This document shows positions 38,281 through 51,950 of a DNA stretch of 64,000 bases, piece after piece. Origin of the DNA: Octopus sinensis (lineage: Eukaryota); contig NC_043000.1 in assembly GCF_006345805.1 (NCBI RefSeq), positions 119,784,001-119,848,000 on the forward strand, in the 5' to 3' direction. The stretch's first letter is position 1. Each line of letters begins with the position of its first letter. Both the position numbers and the translations under genes were made by a program. The notes under the pieces were generated by a model. The model was not told the origin of the DNA. It searched no databases and worked only from the letters and a program-made list of their open reading frames with translations.

Positions 38281-40226
38281 TGTGTGTGTGTGTGTGTGCA
38301 TACATGTACAAATGATGTATGAGTAAGATGTGGCCCTGCGACTTGTCTTGGTGAATAGTATCCCCAAAATTGTGTTGATTTGAAGTATGAAGACCCGTCC
38401 AACTAATACCAGCATAGAAAATGAATGTAAAACAATCACAACGAGGACAATGGCGATGCCAATGACGAAGACAACAACGACGATGATAATACGCATTCAG
38501 TACATTTAGACTTGTAGAATAGCATGGAGGTCAGGTTATAACCTTTAATATTTTTTGGCAATATAGCTCCTGGTTTCACATCTTATTTCTTAGCCTGTAA
38601 GTTTGATGTTCATTGCATGACTACATGAAAGAAGGCATTGATAGTGCAGCTAATAAGCCTCGAAATTGACAGCTGGTTTCCCCACTCATCTGACTTGTTG
38701 CAATTATATGGGATTGTAATCCTAATGGTCAGCTCAATTGAAGCTTAATTCTTGCTTCTACCAAGTTGCTCTACTCAGTGTTGTTTTAAACCTCTCATTG
38801 GTTTATCGTTCTCATCATCATTTAATGCCCACTTTCCCATGCCTGCCTGGGTCAGACAAAATTTTTTGAAGCAGATTTTCTATGGTTGGACATGTTTTCA
38901 CTGAAACAAACAACCTTGCTTGCATGATAGTGATGCTCAATTACAGCCATCATGTAATGTATAAGCACACACACATACACACACACACACACACACAGAG
39001 ACAAATTTCGGGGACACAGACACACCAACATTGGTGGTCAAGTGATGGTGGGTGGGTGAGTGAGAGGTAAAGGTCAAACACAAACACAAAGACACACACA
39101 TAAATATATACATAGTAGACTACCCATAACCTGTTGGGTCACTGGAGAAGTTTGAGTTTTCCAGCAACAGAGTTTTGTTTTGTGGGTGTTTTTTTATTCT
39201 TTTCCATTTTATTTTGCATGCTTTCAACAAATGTGACATCAAAATTACACATAAATGGCACCTTCCCCCAGAAAAGGAAAGGTGTGGGTGCTATTTCTTG
39301 CATGCCCTGCTAATATGTAACAGATATTTCAGGTCCTTTATTGCAAATGGCTGTTATGCGGTAGCAGGGTGTGCTAGAAATAGCAGCCATATCTTTGGCA
39401 GTGAGATACATTGAATGCACTTGAAAGAAACCTATGGAAAAGAAAAAAACTGTCACACCGATGTTATGAATGGGTCTTTTACGAAATATTTACCATATTT
39501 TCAAAGTCATTTTCAATCAAAAATATTTTGCCCATCATAATGTGTCTAATGGAAAGGTTACAGTTTCTTCCCTTCCAGGGTTAAGTTATTTTCAGAGTAT
39601 TTTCCTATCAATAACTACTGTTCTAATTTGTGCGAAACTTGTTTTATTCCATTCGTATTCACTTTTCAGGGGCACTTTACTTTCAAAATATTTTCCCATT
39701 ATGCTCCACTTTGGCTGTGTAACATTGCAAGCAAGCAAGCAAGCAAGATTGAACTTAACTTTTAATGTATTATATATATATATATGATGGGCTTCTTTTA
39801 GTTTCCATCTACCAAATCCACTCACAAGCTATAGTCGGCCTGGGGCTATTGTTGAAGACATTTGCCCAATGTGCCATGCAGCGGGACGGAACCCAGAACC
39901 ATGTGGTTGGGAAGCAAGCTTCTTACCACACAGCTACAGATGAGATCTAGAGTTTCTCAGTATAGAAGACACTTAATAGTGCTCAAAGAGATTCAGTCTT
40001 AAACTCCAAAGTCTTTAGAGGGAATCAATTTTACAGGGCTACAAGAGGGATCAAGTTGAGTGGGTATAGAGGTAATTATGTAGATAAACAGATTTGATAT
40101 ATTAGATATAATATAATAGTTGTTTGGACATGAAACACAGAATATGTATATATGTATACATGAATGACGTTTGTGTTTCATGTCTAAACTATTGAATTGT
40201 ATTTAATATATCTAATTTATTTTTAT

Positions 40227-40340
40227 AGGAGTGGCTGTGTGGTAAGTAGCTTGCTTACGAACCACATGGTTCTGGGTTCAATCCCACTGTGGCGCACCTT
40301 GGGCAAGTGTATTTGGCAGACAGAAACTGAAAGAAGCCCG

Positions 40341-40398
<58 letters not shown>

Positions 40399-40605
40399 AT
40401 ATGTTTGTGTGTCTGTGTTTATCCCTCCAACATCGCTTGACAACTGATGGTGGTGTGTTTACGTCCCCGTAACTTAGCGGTTTGGCAAAAGAGACCGATA
40501 GAATAACTACTAGGCTTACAAAGAATAAGTCCTGGGGTCGATTTGCTCGACTAAAAGGCGGTGCTCCAGCATGGCCACAGTCAAATGACTGAAACAAGCA
40601 AAAGT
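40227..40605 (+). mobile_element. SINE family A (internal deletion in head); further partial minus copies at ~39780-39935 and ~40690-40790
   Basis: Shared family sequence. Confidence 0.85.
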
Positions 40606-40937
40606 GTAAAAGAGTAATTGATTCTCTCTCTTACACACACAATGCTTTCTTTCTGTCTGTCATATTCACTTACAATGCATTGGTTGCTCTGGGACCATGG
40701 TAGAAGACACTTGCTCAAAGTGCCATGCAGTGGGACTGAACCCAACAATACATGGTTAGAAAGCAAAGTTCTCAACCATGTAGTCATGCCCACACAGATA
40801 TTTACCACCCTGAAACTACCATTTCTGTTTACAGCCATTGTATCTGTTTCATAGATTCGTAATATCAAGTTTAATTTTCTGTCCACATCTCATAACACTG
40901 CAATACGTTTGACCCTTGATTTTCCTTCTTTTGGCAG

Positions 40938-41040
40938 GTGTGATGGCCGAGGTTTGACTGACGTCAGAGATATCCGTTGTCAAGTTAATTTGTTTAAACC
41001 ATTGCATGGATCAGCTTTATTTCAACGAGGTCAAACACAG
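40938..41040 (+). CDS. PNPT1: PNPT1 (polynucleotide phosphorylase) internal coding exon, 103 nt, start of second RNase PH domain
   Basis: Translates (R)[34 protein letters not shown], matching the conserved PNPase RxDGR...[12 protein letters not shown] motif. Acceptor ttttccttcttttggcag| and donor CAG|gtaacc; phase 2 start, phase 0 end. Confidence 0.95.
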
Positions 41041-41106
41041 GTAACCAAATATTTCATATTCTGCTTTCAGTTAGGTAACCAAATATTTCATATTCTGCTT
41101 TCAGTT
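41039..41106 (+). repeat. Exact 34-bp tandem duplication that includes the PNPT1 5' splice site
   Basis: aggtaaccaaatatttcatattctgctttcagtt x2 (41039-41072, 41073-41106). Confidence 0.95.
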
Positions 41107-41389
41107 TGTATCTGATCGTGATGTGGGTGTGTGTGTGTCATGGTGAAGTGGTTGGCTTGAGTGGAACTGTAGGATACTGGTCTTCCTGAAAGAAATAACA
41201 AATGATTGAAGTAAATGACAACATGTTTACTGCTGGTCAGTCAAGCTCCTGCCAGTGGTGAAAAATTGATGATAGAAAGAATAAAAAAAAAATGCTGATG
41301 TTGTTGATAACAATGAGGAGATCAATGTGTCTATATGATGTTTAGGTGTGCATGTATGTATGTGTGTGTGTATATAAATTTATATATAT

Positions 41390-42310
41390 GAAGTTTCAGG
41401 TGTGGAAGTAAGGATTTGAATCGAAGGGCCTTAGGGTCAACCTAGCTGAAACCAAAGTCCTAATAAGTAGGAGGGCAGACAAACCACAAATCCCTTCAGG
41501 TAGATGGCCCTGTTCGATCTGTAGAAAAGGTGTAGGTAGAAACTCTGTAAGATTTACCTAATGTAAGCTATGGACACATAAGAGGTGCAGCAATATCAAA
41601 GGAAGGCTAACTGGGAGGATAATTTTTGTATGTGGCAGACGCTTGGGAGCAATAAACATGAAAATGTGTAGAGAACAACTTCTGGCATATTCCAGGGAGA
41701 AAAACTAGAAGTAGTTCATAGGTTCCATTACCTAGGTAATCCTCAGTAGTGGGGGTGGATGCTCTGAAAGTGTATCTGCTAGAATAAGAATAGCTTGGGC
41801 AAAGTTCAGAGAGCTCCTACCTCTGCTGGTGACAAAGGGCCTCTCGCTCAGAGTAAAAGGTAGACTGTATGACTCATGTGTACGAACAGCCATGCTACAT
41901 GGCAGTGAGACATGGGCCATGACTGCTGAGGACATGTGTAAGCTTGTAAGGAATGAAGCCAGCGTGCTCCGCTGGATGTGTAATGTCAGTGTGCATACTC
42001 AACAGAGTGTAAGTTCCTTGAGAGAAAAGTTGGACCTAAGAAGTATCAGATGTGGTGTGCAAGAGAGATGACTGCACTGGTATGGTCATGTGGTGAGAAT
42101 GGATGAGGATAGCTGTGTGAAAAAGTGCCACACCCTAGCAGTTGAGGAAAACTGTGGAAGAGGTAGACCAAGGAAGACTTGGGATGAGGTGGTGAAACAC
42201 GACCTCCAAAGATTAGGCCTCAACGAGGCAATGACTAGTGACCGAGACCTTTAGAAACATGCTGTGCTTGAGAAGACCTGGCATGCCAAGTGAGACTATA
42301 ACCCGTGGCC
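41390..42310 (+). mobile_element. RTE-clade LINE, RT C-terminal part with Cys-rich insert, degenerate
   Basis: FESKGLRVNLAETKVL...WPCSICRKGVGRNS...AWAKFRELLPLLVTKGLSLRVKGRLYDSCVRTAMLHGSETWA. Confidence 0.9.
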
Positions 42311-42328
42311 TATGCCTATATAAAACTG

Positions 42329-42378
42329 ATCTCCCCAGCGGGGAATCGAACTCTGGTCTCCCACAAGTGAGGACAGAT
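42329..42378 (-). pseudogene. tRNA 3'-half remnant (Asp-like T arm and acceptor)
   Basis: Reverse complement gggagaccagagttcgattccccgctggggag resembles the tRNA-Asp 3' half; 5' half absent. Confidence 0.45.
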
Positions 42379-42478
42379 GTATGTATGTATGTATGTATTT
42401 ATGTATATGTATGTATATATATATGTATGTATGTATATGTATGTATATATATATATATATGTATGTATGTATATGTAT

Positions 42479-42510
<32 letters not shown>

Positions 42511-42657
42511 GTATATGTATGTATATATATATATATGTATGTATATATATATATATGTATGTATATATATATATATGTATGTATATATATATATATATAT
42601 GTATGTATATGTATGTATATATATATGTATGTATATATATATGTATGTATGTATATG

Positions 42658-42688
<31 letters not shown>

Positions 42689-43206
42689 GTATGTATGTAT
42701 ATGTATATATGTATATATATATGTATGTATTATATGTATGTATATAATATATATATATTATATATGTATATATATATATATGTATGTATATGTATGTATA
42801 TATATATGTATGTATGTATATGTATGTATACGTATGTATATATATATGTATGTATGTATGTATATGTATGTATATATATATATGTATGTATGTTATATGT
42901 ATGTATATTGTATGTATATATATATATATATGTATGTATGTATATGTATGTATATATATATATATATATGATATGTATGTATATATATGTATATATATAT
43001 ATATATATATTATGTATGTATGTATATATATATGTATGTATATGTATGTATATATATATGTATGTATATGTATGTATATATATATATATGTATGTATGTA
43101 TATGTATGTATATATATATATGTATATGTATGTATATGTATGTATATATATATATATGTATGTATATGTATGTATATATATATATATGTATGTATGTATA
43201 TGTATG

Positions 43207-43237
<31 letters not shown>

Positions 43238-43713
43238 ATGTATGTATATATATATATATATGTATGTATGTATATGTATGTATATATATATATATAGTAT
43301 GTATGTATATGTATGTATATATATATATATATGTATGTATGTATATGTATGTATATATATATATATATGTATGTATGTATATGTATGTATATATATATAT
43401 GTATGTATGTATATGTATGTATATATATATATATGTATGTATGTATATGTATGTATATATATATATATTATATATATATAGTATGTATATGTATGTATAT
43501 ATATATATAATGTATGTATGTATATGTATGTATATATATATATATGTATGTATGTATAATGTATGTATGTTATATATATATATATAGTATGTATGTATAT
43601 GTATGTATATATATATATATTATATGTATGTATGTAATATATATATATATGTATGTATGTATATATATATATATATATATAGTATGTATATATATGTATA
43701 TATGTATGTATAT
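42378..43713. repeat. ~1.3-kb complex (TA)n/(TATG)n satellite
   Basis: Directly visible; produces the long Y/I/M/V/C ORFs. Confidence 0.97.
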
Positions 43714-44742
43714 ATCATCATCATCGTTTAACGTCCTCTTTCCATGCTAGCATGGTTTGAACGATTTGACTGAGGACTGGCGAACCAGATGGGTGCACCA
43801 GACCCCCAATCTTGATCTGGCAGAGTTTCTACAGCTGGCAGCTTGATGCCCTTCCTAACGCCAACCACTCCGAAAGTGCAGTGGGTGCTTTTACGTGCCA
43901 CTGGCATGAGGGCCAGTCAGGCGGTACTGGCAACAGCCACGCTCAGATGGTGTTTTTTATGTGCCACCTGCACAGGAGCCAGTCCAGCGGCACTTGCAAT
44001 GACCTTGCTCGAATGCTTTTTGACGTGCCACCAACACAAGTGCCAGTAAGGTGACGCTGGTAACGATCATGCTCGAATCGTGCTTTTTACGTGCCACCAG
44101 CACAGAAGCCAGTTAGCCGCTCTGGCAGTGATCATGCTCGGATGGTGCTCTTAGCACTCCACTAGCACAGATGCCAATCATCAAATTTGATTTCGATTTC
44201 ACTTGCCTCAACAGGTTTTCGCAAGTAGAGTTTAATGTCCAATGAAGGAAAGGTATGCATAAGTGGGCTGGTTACACCCCTGGCATAGGCCATGAGGTTA
44301 TGGTCTCATTTGGCTTGCCAGGTCTTCTCAAGCACAGCACATTTCCAAAAGTCTTGGTTACTAGTGATTGCCTTGGTGAGGCTTAAAGTTCGAAGGTCGT
44401 CTTTCACCACTTCATCTCAGGTCTTCCTGGGTCTACCTCTTCCACAGGTTCCCTCAACCACTAGGGTGTGGCACTTTTACACACAGCTATCCTTATTCAT
44501 TCTCACCACATGACCACACCAGCACAGTTGTCTCTCTTGCACACCACATCTGATGCTTCTTATGTCCAACTTTTCTCTCAGGGCACTTACACTCTGTCGA
44601 GTATGCACACTGACATTACACATCCATCGGTGCATACTGGCTTCATTCCTTGCGAGCTTACGCATGTCCTCAGCAGTCATGGCCCATGTTTCATTGCCAT
44701 ACAGTCTATGTTTTACTCTGAGCGAGAGGCCCTTTGTCATCA
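43714..44742 (-). mobile_element. 5'-truncated RTE LINE (same family as 19016 and 41390)
   Basis: Reverse complement MTKGLSLRVKHRLYGNETWAMTAEDMRKLARNEASM... through to the (GAT)n tail. Confidence 0.9.
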
Positions 44743-45374
44743 TCATCAGCATTGTTTAGATGGTTTGGCATGAACCGGCCAGTAAGCCAGAAGACTGCTC
44801 CAAACTCCTTTGTCTGCTTTGGCATAATTTCTGTGGCTGGATCTCTTCTTAATACTGTCCATTTTATCATGTGTACTGGCTGCTTTTTACATGGCACCAG
44901 CACCAAGAGGGTTGTTAAGTATCTTACAAGACAAAGACCTCTATCAAAAAGATAAATTACACAGTCTTCTTTCTTGCTTACTGCATCTTATTTCTCTTGT
45001 GCCTAACTTCTCTTTCAATACACTAGCACTCTGTGGAACATATACACTGACATTTCTCATCCAGCATACAAGCCTCACACACATGCACACACACACACAC
45101 ACACACAGAGGTATGTACATATGTGCGTACACACATATACATTACACTTTTCAATGTACTGTATCATCCTATGAAGTGTCAAAAAAGTTTGGTTGTACAT
45201 CAGTGACCTCATCACTGACATTTTCCATGCATCTTTCAACTGATTAAGAAATACAACACAAAATGAATGCGTATGTTTATGTGTGGGTGTTTTAAATGGC
45301 TGTCATGACGTTCCTTTCTTGTGATTGTTCCAGTTTCAACTCTGATCTTAGTTCGAGTCATTTTTCTGAAATGC

Positions 45375-45627
45375 TTATACATGTGTGTGTGTGTGTTTTG
45401 TGTGTGTGTGTGTGTGTGTGTGTACTTGCGTGTGTTTGTTAGTGTGTGTGTAGATATGTATGAAAATTTGAATATCTATGTATTTATGTATAATTATGTA
45501 TGGGTGTGTATTTATCTATCATATATGTATGTGTATATATGTGCATGTGTGTGTATGTGTACATATATATATATATACATTTATATATATTCTATTTATA
45601 TATATTATATGCATGTATGTATATATG

Positions 45628-45669
<42 letters not shown>

Positions 45670-45674
45670 TATGT

Positions 45675-45731
<57 letters not shown>

Positions 45732-45750
45732 CACATACATATACACTTAT
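45375..45750. repeat. (TG)n/(TA)n microsatellite block
   Basis: Directly visible. Confidence 0.9.
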
Positions 45751-46099
45751 ACACTCACACATCTGCACATCCATCTACATAAATGTCTCTCCAGTTTTAT
45801 TTTTGCAAATTTAAATCGCGACCTATGCCTATTAACACATTGTAGTTGCATCAAAGTGATTTACAAAACAAACTTGCATATTTCTAATTACTCACTCGTA
45901 TGCAAGTACTTTTCATTAAAAGGAATCACTTTCACGCGACAGAATATCTTCCTCATTAGGGTGAATAATAAGATGTTAATGGGCTTAAAATTAGGTCTTT
46001 GATCTTTTCCATGTCTGTATTACCGAGATTGGCTTAATATGTTATCTTCATAGAAATTTTAATGTTTGCTTTAATGTAACAACTAATCCTTTGTTTGCT

Positions 46100-46951
46100 A
46101 TTGTACGTCGGCGGTGGCGATGGCGGCAGTGTTGATGGTGGTGGTGGCGTTGGCAGTGGTGATGGTGATGGTGACGGTGGTGGTGGTGGGGGAAGAAAAG
46201 CAAAATGATGATCATCAGTGGTGGTGATAATGTTAATGGTTGTGATGTCTTTTGATGATGATGATGACGACGACGATGGTAATGGTGGTGGTGGTGGTGG
46301 CGGTGATGACGACGACGATGATGAGGACGCCGCCGTTGATGATGATTGTAATAATTATGGCGATGATGATAAACAAAAATGACAATAATAAAAATAGGAA
46401 AAGGTTAATGGATTTTTATTTCAAACACAAAGACATGCCTCAAGTAATATCTTGTTAGTAATATTTATTTGTTTATTTGTGTATATAATTTTTTTTTTTT
46501 TCCATAATAAAATCAACATCGTTATCACTGCAGCTGTCATCATCATCATCATCATCATTGTCATCGTCATTTGTCATCATTATCATCATTGTGACCATCA
46601 CCATCCATCATCATCACTATCACTAACACCACCACCACTGCCGCCGCAACCACCGCCACCACCATTAATGTTATTGTGAGTGTTGACATCTGCGTTTGTC
46701 TTCACCTTATGATTCTGATGATGATGGTGATAACAAGAACGATGAAGATGATGATGGCACTGATGTTGGCCATCACCATCACAATCTTTGTCTTTGGCAT
46801 TGCTCACCCTGTTATCACCATTGCCATCTGATAGCCAACATACTAGACTCCATCTATTTATTGGTAACTGCAACACTAACACTGTCATTATCTCTACTGT
46901 CAGTGATATTTCAGTACAATAACCAAGACAACCGCCACTACCACTACCACC

Positions 46952-46982
<31 letters not shown>

Positions 46983-46985
46983 AAC
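46100..46985. repeat. Trinucleotide low-complexity block (GGT/GAT/CAT/CAC)
   Basis: Directly visible. Confidence 0.85.
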
Positions 46986-47702
46986 AACTTTACAGAATAT
47001 GGTAGCTTTGTCTCAGTTTTCTGTCTCCCTGTCAACTGTTCAAAACGATGCCCTCAATATTAAAATACTCCATGCATATACTCTCACTCTCTCTCACACA
47101 CACACACATATGCCATCTCTTGAGAATAACCAATAAAAATCAAAGGCCATCTAGATATCTAAATAATGAATATTGAATAGGGAATGATTACTGGTGTAGA
47201 GTTGATCACACAATTACATTACTAAGAGGTTTATTAGTTCATAGTATTCACTTTGTTTCCCTCAGAGTCCAACTTAGTTTGATCCATACACCAACAGACA
47301 TCGTTGGTTAGCCCCATGTTAGTTCTGGTCAAGCGGAACTATGATTAAAGGCATTATTCCAGCCAGCCTGTCATCTGCTTAATGGACGTGTATACTATCT
47401 GATGAGGAGTGTAAATAGTCAGGTTTCTTGTATGCAGTTTTGAAATTATACCTACTTCAACCCTTTATTGTTTAAACTGGCCATATCCGGTCCAGCTGTT
47501 TTTCTTATTTTATGTTCTAACTCTCAACCCTACCATGCTGTTCTGAAAATAAGTGACCCCATCATGAAAATCTCAAAGCTATGAGATAATGCATGGTTAA
47601 TTCAAAGCAATGTGAATAAATAAGCGTTTTATTTAACAGATTAATCTGAGTGCTAAATGGTTAAACTGTAGAACTTCCAAAAGGCCTGAATATACCTGAT
47701 AC

Positions 47703-47940
47703 TCTTACTCTTTTACTTGTTTCAGTCATTTGACTGTGGCCATGCTGGAGCACCACCTTTAGTCGAATCAAATCGACCCCAGGACTTATTCTTTGTAAGC
47801 CTAGTACTTATTCTATCAGTCTCTTTTGCTGAACTGCTAAGTTACGGAGACCTAAACACACCAGCATTGGTTGTCAAGTGATGCTGGGGGGACAAACACA
47901 GATACGCAACGTATACACACACATACATACATACACATAT

Positions 47941-47992
<52 letters not shown>

Positions 47993-48150
47993 CACATATA
48001 TACGACAGGCTTATTTCAGTTCCCGTCTACCAAATCCACTCACAAAGCTTTGGTCAACCCGAGGCTATAGTTGAAGACACTTGCCCAAGGTGCCACGCTG
48101 TGGGACTGAACCCAGAACCATGTGGCTGGTAAGCAAGCTACTTACCACAC
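47703..48150 (-). mobile_element. SINE family A
   Basis: Shared family sequence. Confidence 0.85.
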
Positions 48151-48664
48151 ACCCACTCTTGTGCCTCTTATTTAATTTTTTTTTGTATTTTTTAGTCTGG
48201 AGGGCAGGTAGTGCCTCTGACTCTTTGCAGAGCCTGCAAGACTGGTTGAAGGAAAGGGGGGGGGGCCCTTCAAACTTGAGACCTGACTCGGATGCTTACT
48301 TCAGTGTAGACTCTGCTACTGGTACCTGAAGGTGCCAGGTGATGATGGTAAACTGAATGATTGATTAAATCTTTAGCATTTAAAACAGCCACATTGAGCC
48401 CAAACTAGCCAAATCTGGCATCTCACACCTACCCTGCAATGTCATTCTACATCATCAAAATCTCAAAGCTATGAGATGATATATGACTAATCCAAAACAA
48501 TATGAAAAAATAAGCATTGCATTTGGTAGAGTAATCGAAATACTATGGGATTAAGTCTACCCGAATGTTTTTTCCTCTCATTAAATGACTAAATAAGGGC
48601 TGATTGATTGATAGAATCATTAGACCGTCAGACAGAATGCTTTGTGGGTACCTCTATTGGCTCA

Positions 48665-49525
48665 TTACGTAAACTTTGCCTTTCACCCTTCCAAGTTTGA
48701 TAAAATTAAGTGCTAGGTAAGTACTAGTTTGTCTTAATTGACTAAAACTTCAGCTTCAGTGAGCTGGCAGAAATGTTAGCATGCTGTTGAGGTCGACTTT
48801 GCCTTTCATCCTTTCAGGGTCGATAAATTAAGTACCAGTTGTGCAATGGGGTTGATCTAATCAACTGGCCCCCTTCCCAAAGATTTTGGGTCTTGTTCCT
48901 AGGGTAGAAACAAATACTGAAGGTCTCTAAGGCCTTGAGCTGGCAGAAATGTTAGCATGATGGGTGAAATGCTTAGCAGTATTTCATCTGCCTTTATGTT
49001 CTGAGTTCAAAATTTTGCTGAGGTTGACTTTGCCTCTTATCCTTTTGGGGTTGATAAATTAAGTACTAGTTGTGTACTGGGTTCAACCTAATCAACTGGC
49101 CCCCTCCCCCAAAATTTTGGGCCTTGTGCCTAGAGTTTTTTTTCTGACACTCCATCGGTTATGACGACGAGGGTTCCAGTTGATCTGATCAACAGAACAG
49201 CCTGATTGTAAAATTAACATGCAAGTGGCTGAGCGCTCCACAGTCATGTGTACCCTCAATGTAGTTCTTGGGGAGATTCAGCGTGACAGGAAGTGTGACA
49301 TGGCTGGCCCTTTAAAATACAGGTACAACAGAAACAGGAAGAAGGAGTGAAAAAAAGTTGTAGTGAAAGAGTACAGCAGAGTTCGACACCACCCCCTACT
49401 GGAGCCTCGTGGAGTTTTAGGTGTTTTCGCTCAATAAACACTCACAATGCCCGGTCTGGGAATTGAAACTGCGATCCTACAACCATGAGTCCGCTGCCTT
49501 AACCACTGGTTCATTGCGCCTCCAC
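48665..49525. mobile_element. SINE cluster: partial family B copies (+), then family E and C pieces (-)
   Basis: Repeated gtcgactttgcctttcatcc...; cgctcaataaacactcacaatgcccggtctggg. Confidence 0.75.
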
Positions 49526-50824
49526 ATTGTGCCTAGAGTAGAAAAGCTTAAAAAGCATATCTGGCCTTGCGTTTAAATTAGAAATTATCATGAAAAGACT
49601 GGATTTTTTTTTACAGAGACCCCTTCTCTGAATGACATTAGATCAATATTTAGAACATAGGCAACTTTCTGGACAAAATGAATTATACAGTCACAGAAAT
49701 ATTTGCTTAGTTACAGATGTAGAAAATAAATGGTGGCTTAGTTAATTCCAGAGAGAAATTAGATCTGTTCATATTTAACCTGCGAAGGATTTTCATTGGT
49801 ATCCCATAGAACAGGAGCTGGATTCATTGTGGATTGACATTTGGAATGAAGTAGGACTTTTAATGAGATGTGCTGCTGCCCAAAGGGCACCCTGATATTT
49901 AGAGCTGATATCAAAGAGTGCATGTGACAAGTAATGATCATGTTGACATTTCTCCTCACAAGACTCTAGTTTCAAATCCCAAGCTGATGTTATGATATTT
50001 TTATACCATGAGCCTCATCTTCACAGATGAAAATTTTTCTTTTTTTTTTTTAATATTTACATCTCTATGGTGATTTGAAGATGCCTATTAGATCAACAGT
50101 CAAGCAATACATTTCTCTCTGCTTATGCACACACACATTCACATGCACAAGGCCCGAAAGTTTCGGGGAGCAGGGAGGCCAGTCGATTAGATCAACTCCA
50201 GTACACAACTGGTACTTAATCCAGTGTCTGTATCTCCTCTTACGCCCACTCCCTTCCTCCTCTGGCACTCCTTTACTATCATCTTATCTTCTTCCCAACT
50301 TCTCCCACCTACCCTTATATAATGTGAGCCATATATCTTTTCTGTAGCAAGACCCCTCTTTCAGACTGTAACCTCCCAACACCTGGCCCAAAACCACCTC
50401 TCTCCACCTCTCAAATCCTCCCTCAGTTGAGGAGGATTTTTCATTTTTCTTATCCTTTTCCTGTCTTGTCAGTAACTTGGCAACCTCACTTGTGTCAGTG
50501 GCATGAAAAAAAAAGTACCCATTACACACTGTAAAGTGGTTGGCATTAGGAAGGGCATCCAGTCATAAAAAAAAAAACATGTTGAAGTTGACACTGGTGT
50601 GTGATGCAGATTGGATTTTGTCAAACATCCAACCCATGCCAACATGGTAAATGCACATTGAAAGATGACAACGATTATATATTTTTTAATTGATATGATC
50701 TGTCTTAATCCTGGATATTAAGAGATTAGACTCAAGTTTGAAACTAAGGTTGATAAATGTCTGTTGCTGGAAATCCTCCAACAATGCATGCCACCAAAAA
50801 AAAAGGGTTATTCTTTCATTTTTA

Positions 50825-50962
50825 TCTATCTAACAAATCCCCTCATGGGGCTTTGGTCAGCCCTAGTGTATAATAGAAGACATTTGCCCGAGGTACCACG
50901 CAGTGAGACTGAACCCGGGATCATGTTGGTAAGCAAACTACTTACCATACAGCCACTCCTAT

Positions 50963-50994
<32 letters not shown>

Positions 50995-51120
50995 TATATG
51001 TATATGATGGGCTTCTTTCATTTTCTATCTACCAAATCTACCCTAGAAGTACCACACAGTGGGACTGAACCCGGGATCATGTGGTTCATAAGCAAGCTAC
51101 TTACCATACACCAATTCCTG
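50825..51120 (-). mobile_element. Two tandem partial SINE family A heads
   Basis: gtaccac.cagtg.gactgaacccgggatcat repeated. Confidence 0.75.
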
Positions 51121-51487
51121 CGTTATTTCTTTTGCAAATATGGAGAAGATTTAAAGTTGATTTTTACTTTTCTTTCACAGTTATCGTTTTCTTGGCTGCT
51201 TTCCTGTCTTCAAGCATTGTTTTCCCTTCCTTTCCATTGGGACACTCTCTTCAGCTCCTAAGAATTTTTCAAGAAGGAGTATTTTGTGAACTTTGACCTT
51301 CTCCGAGTCAAAGTTATTGCATATATTTGCATAATTAGCATAAATTACTTCAGTTTCACACCAGTTGCCTTATTTCGCCAGTTAGTCATCAGCTGGATTC
51401 TAGGGAGCTTCGTGAAGAATTCAGCCTGGATGTTGTTGCTATAAATTTCGTGAGATGTTAATCTACAAGTTCATAGGATTATATATC

Positions 51488-51745
51488 ATCATCTTCATCA
51501 TCATCATCATTTGACGTCTGTTGTCCCTGCTGGCATGGACTGGACAGTGTAACCAGAGCTGGCAAGCTGGTGGTGGGAGTGATGGGGCTGCACCTGACTC
51601 CTGTTGATTCGGCATGGTTTCTACAACTAGATGCCCTGCCTAACACCAGCCACTTTACAGAGCGTGCTTTTATGCTGTGCCACACGGGTGCTTTTATGTG
51701 TTGCCACATGGGCACCTTTATGTGACACCACACAGGCACTTTTAT
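51488..51745 (-). mobile_element. RTE tail element with ~25-bp tandem modules
   Basis: gcttttatg...ccacac x4, degenerate. Confidence 0.7.
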
Positions 51746-51908
51746 GTTTTATATATATTCTACCAAATATATACGTTTTATTTATTATTTTGCACATTAT
51801 TTAAACATTGTTATATGTTTTATCTTATATTTAATCTTCTATAATATATATTTTTTCTAAATGGTATAATTTAATTTTTCATTATTGAATTGATAAAAGG
51901 TGGGGGTT

Positions 51909-51950
<42 letters not shown>

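Noticed and set aside
42238-43750. Long ORFs up to 306 aa
   Set aside because: They are translations of a TA/TATG satellite (only Y, I, M, V, C) and not genes.
46598-47136. His/Gly/Asp-rich ORFs of ~145 aa
   Set aside because: They derive from trinucleotide microsatellites, with no domain and no convincing splice context.
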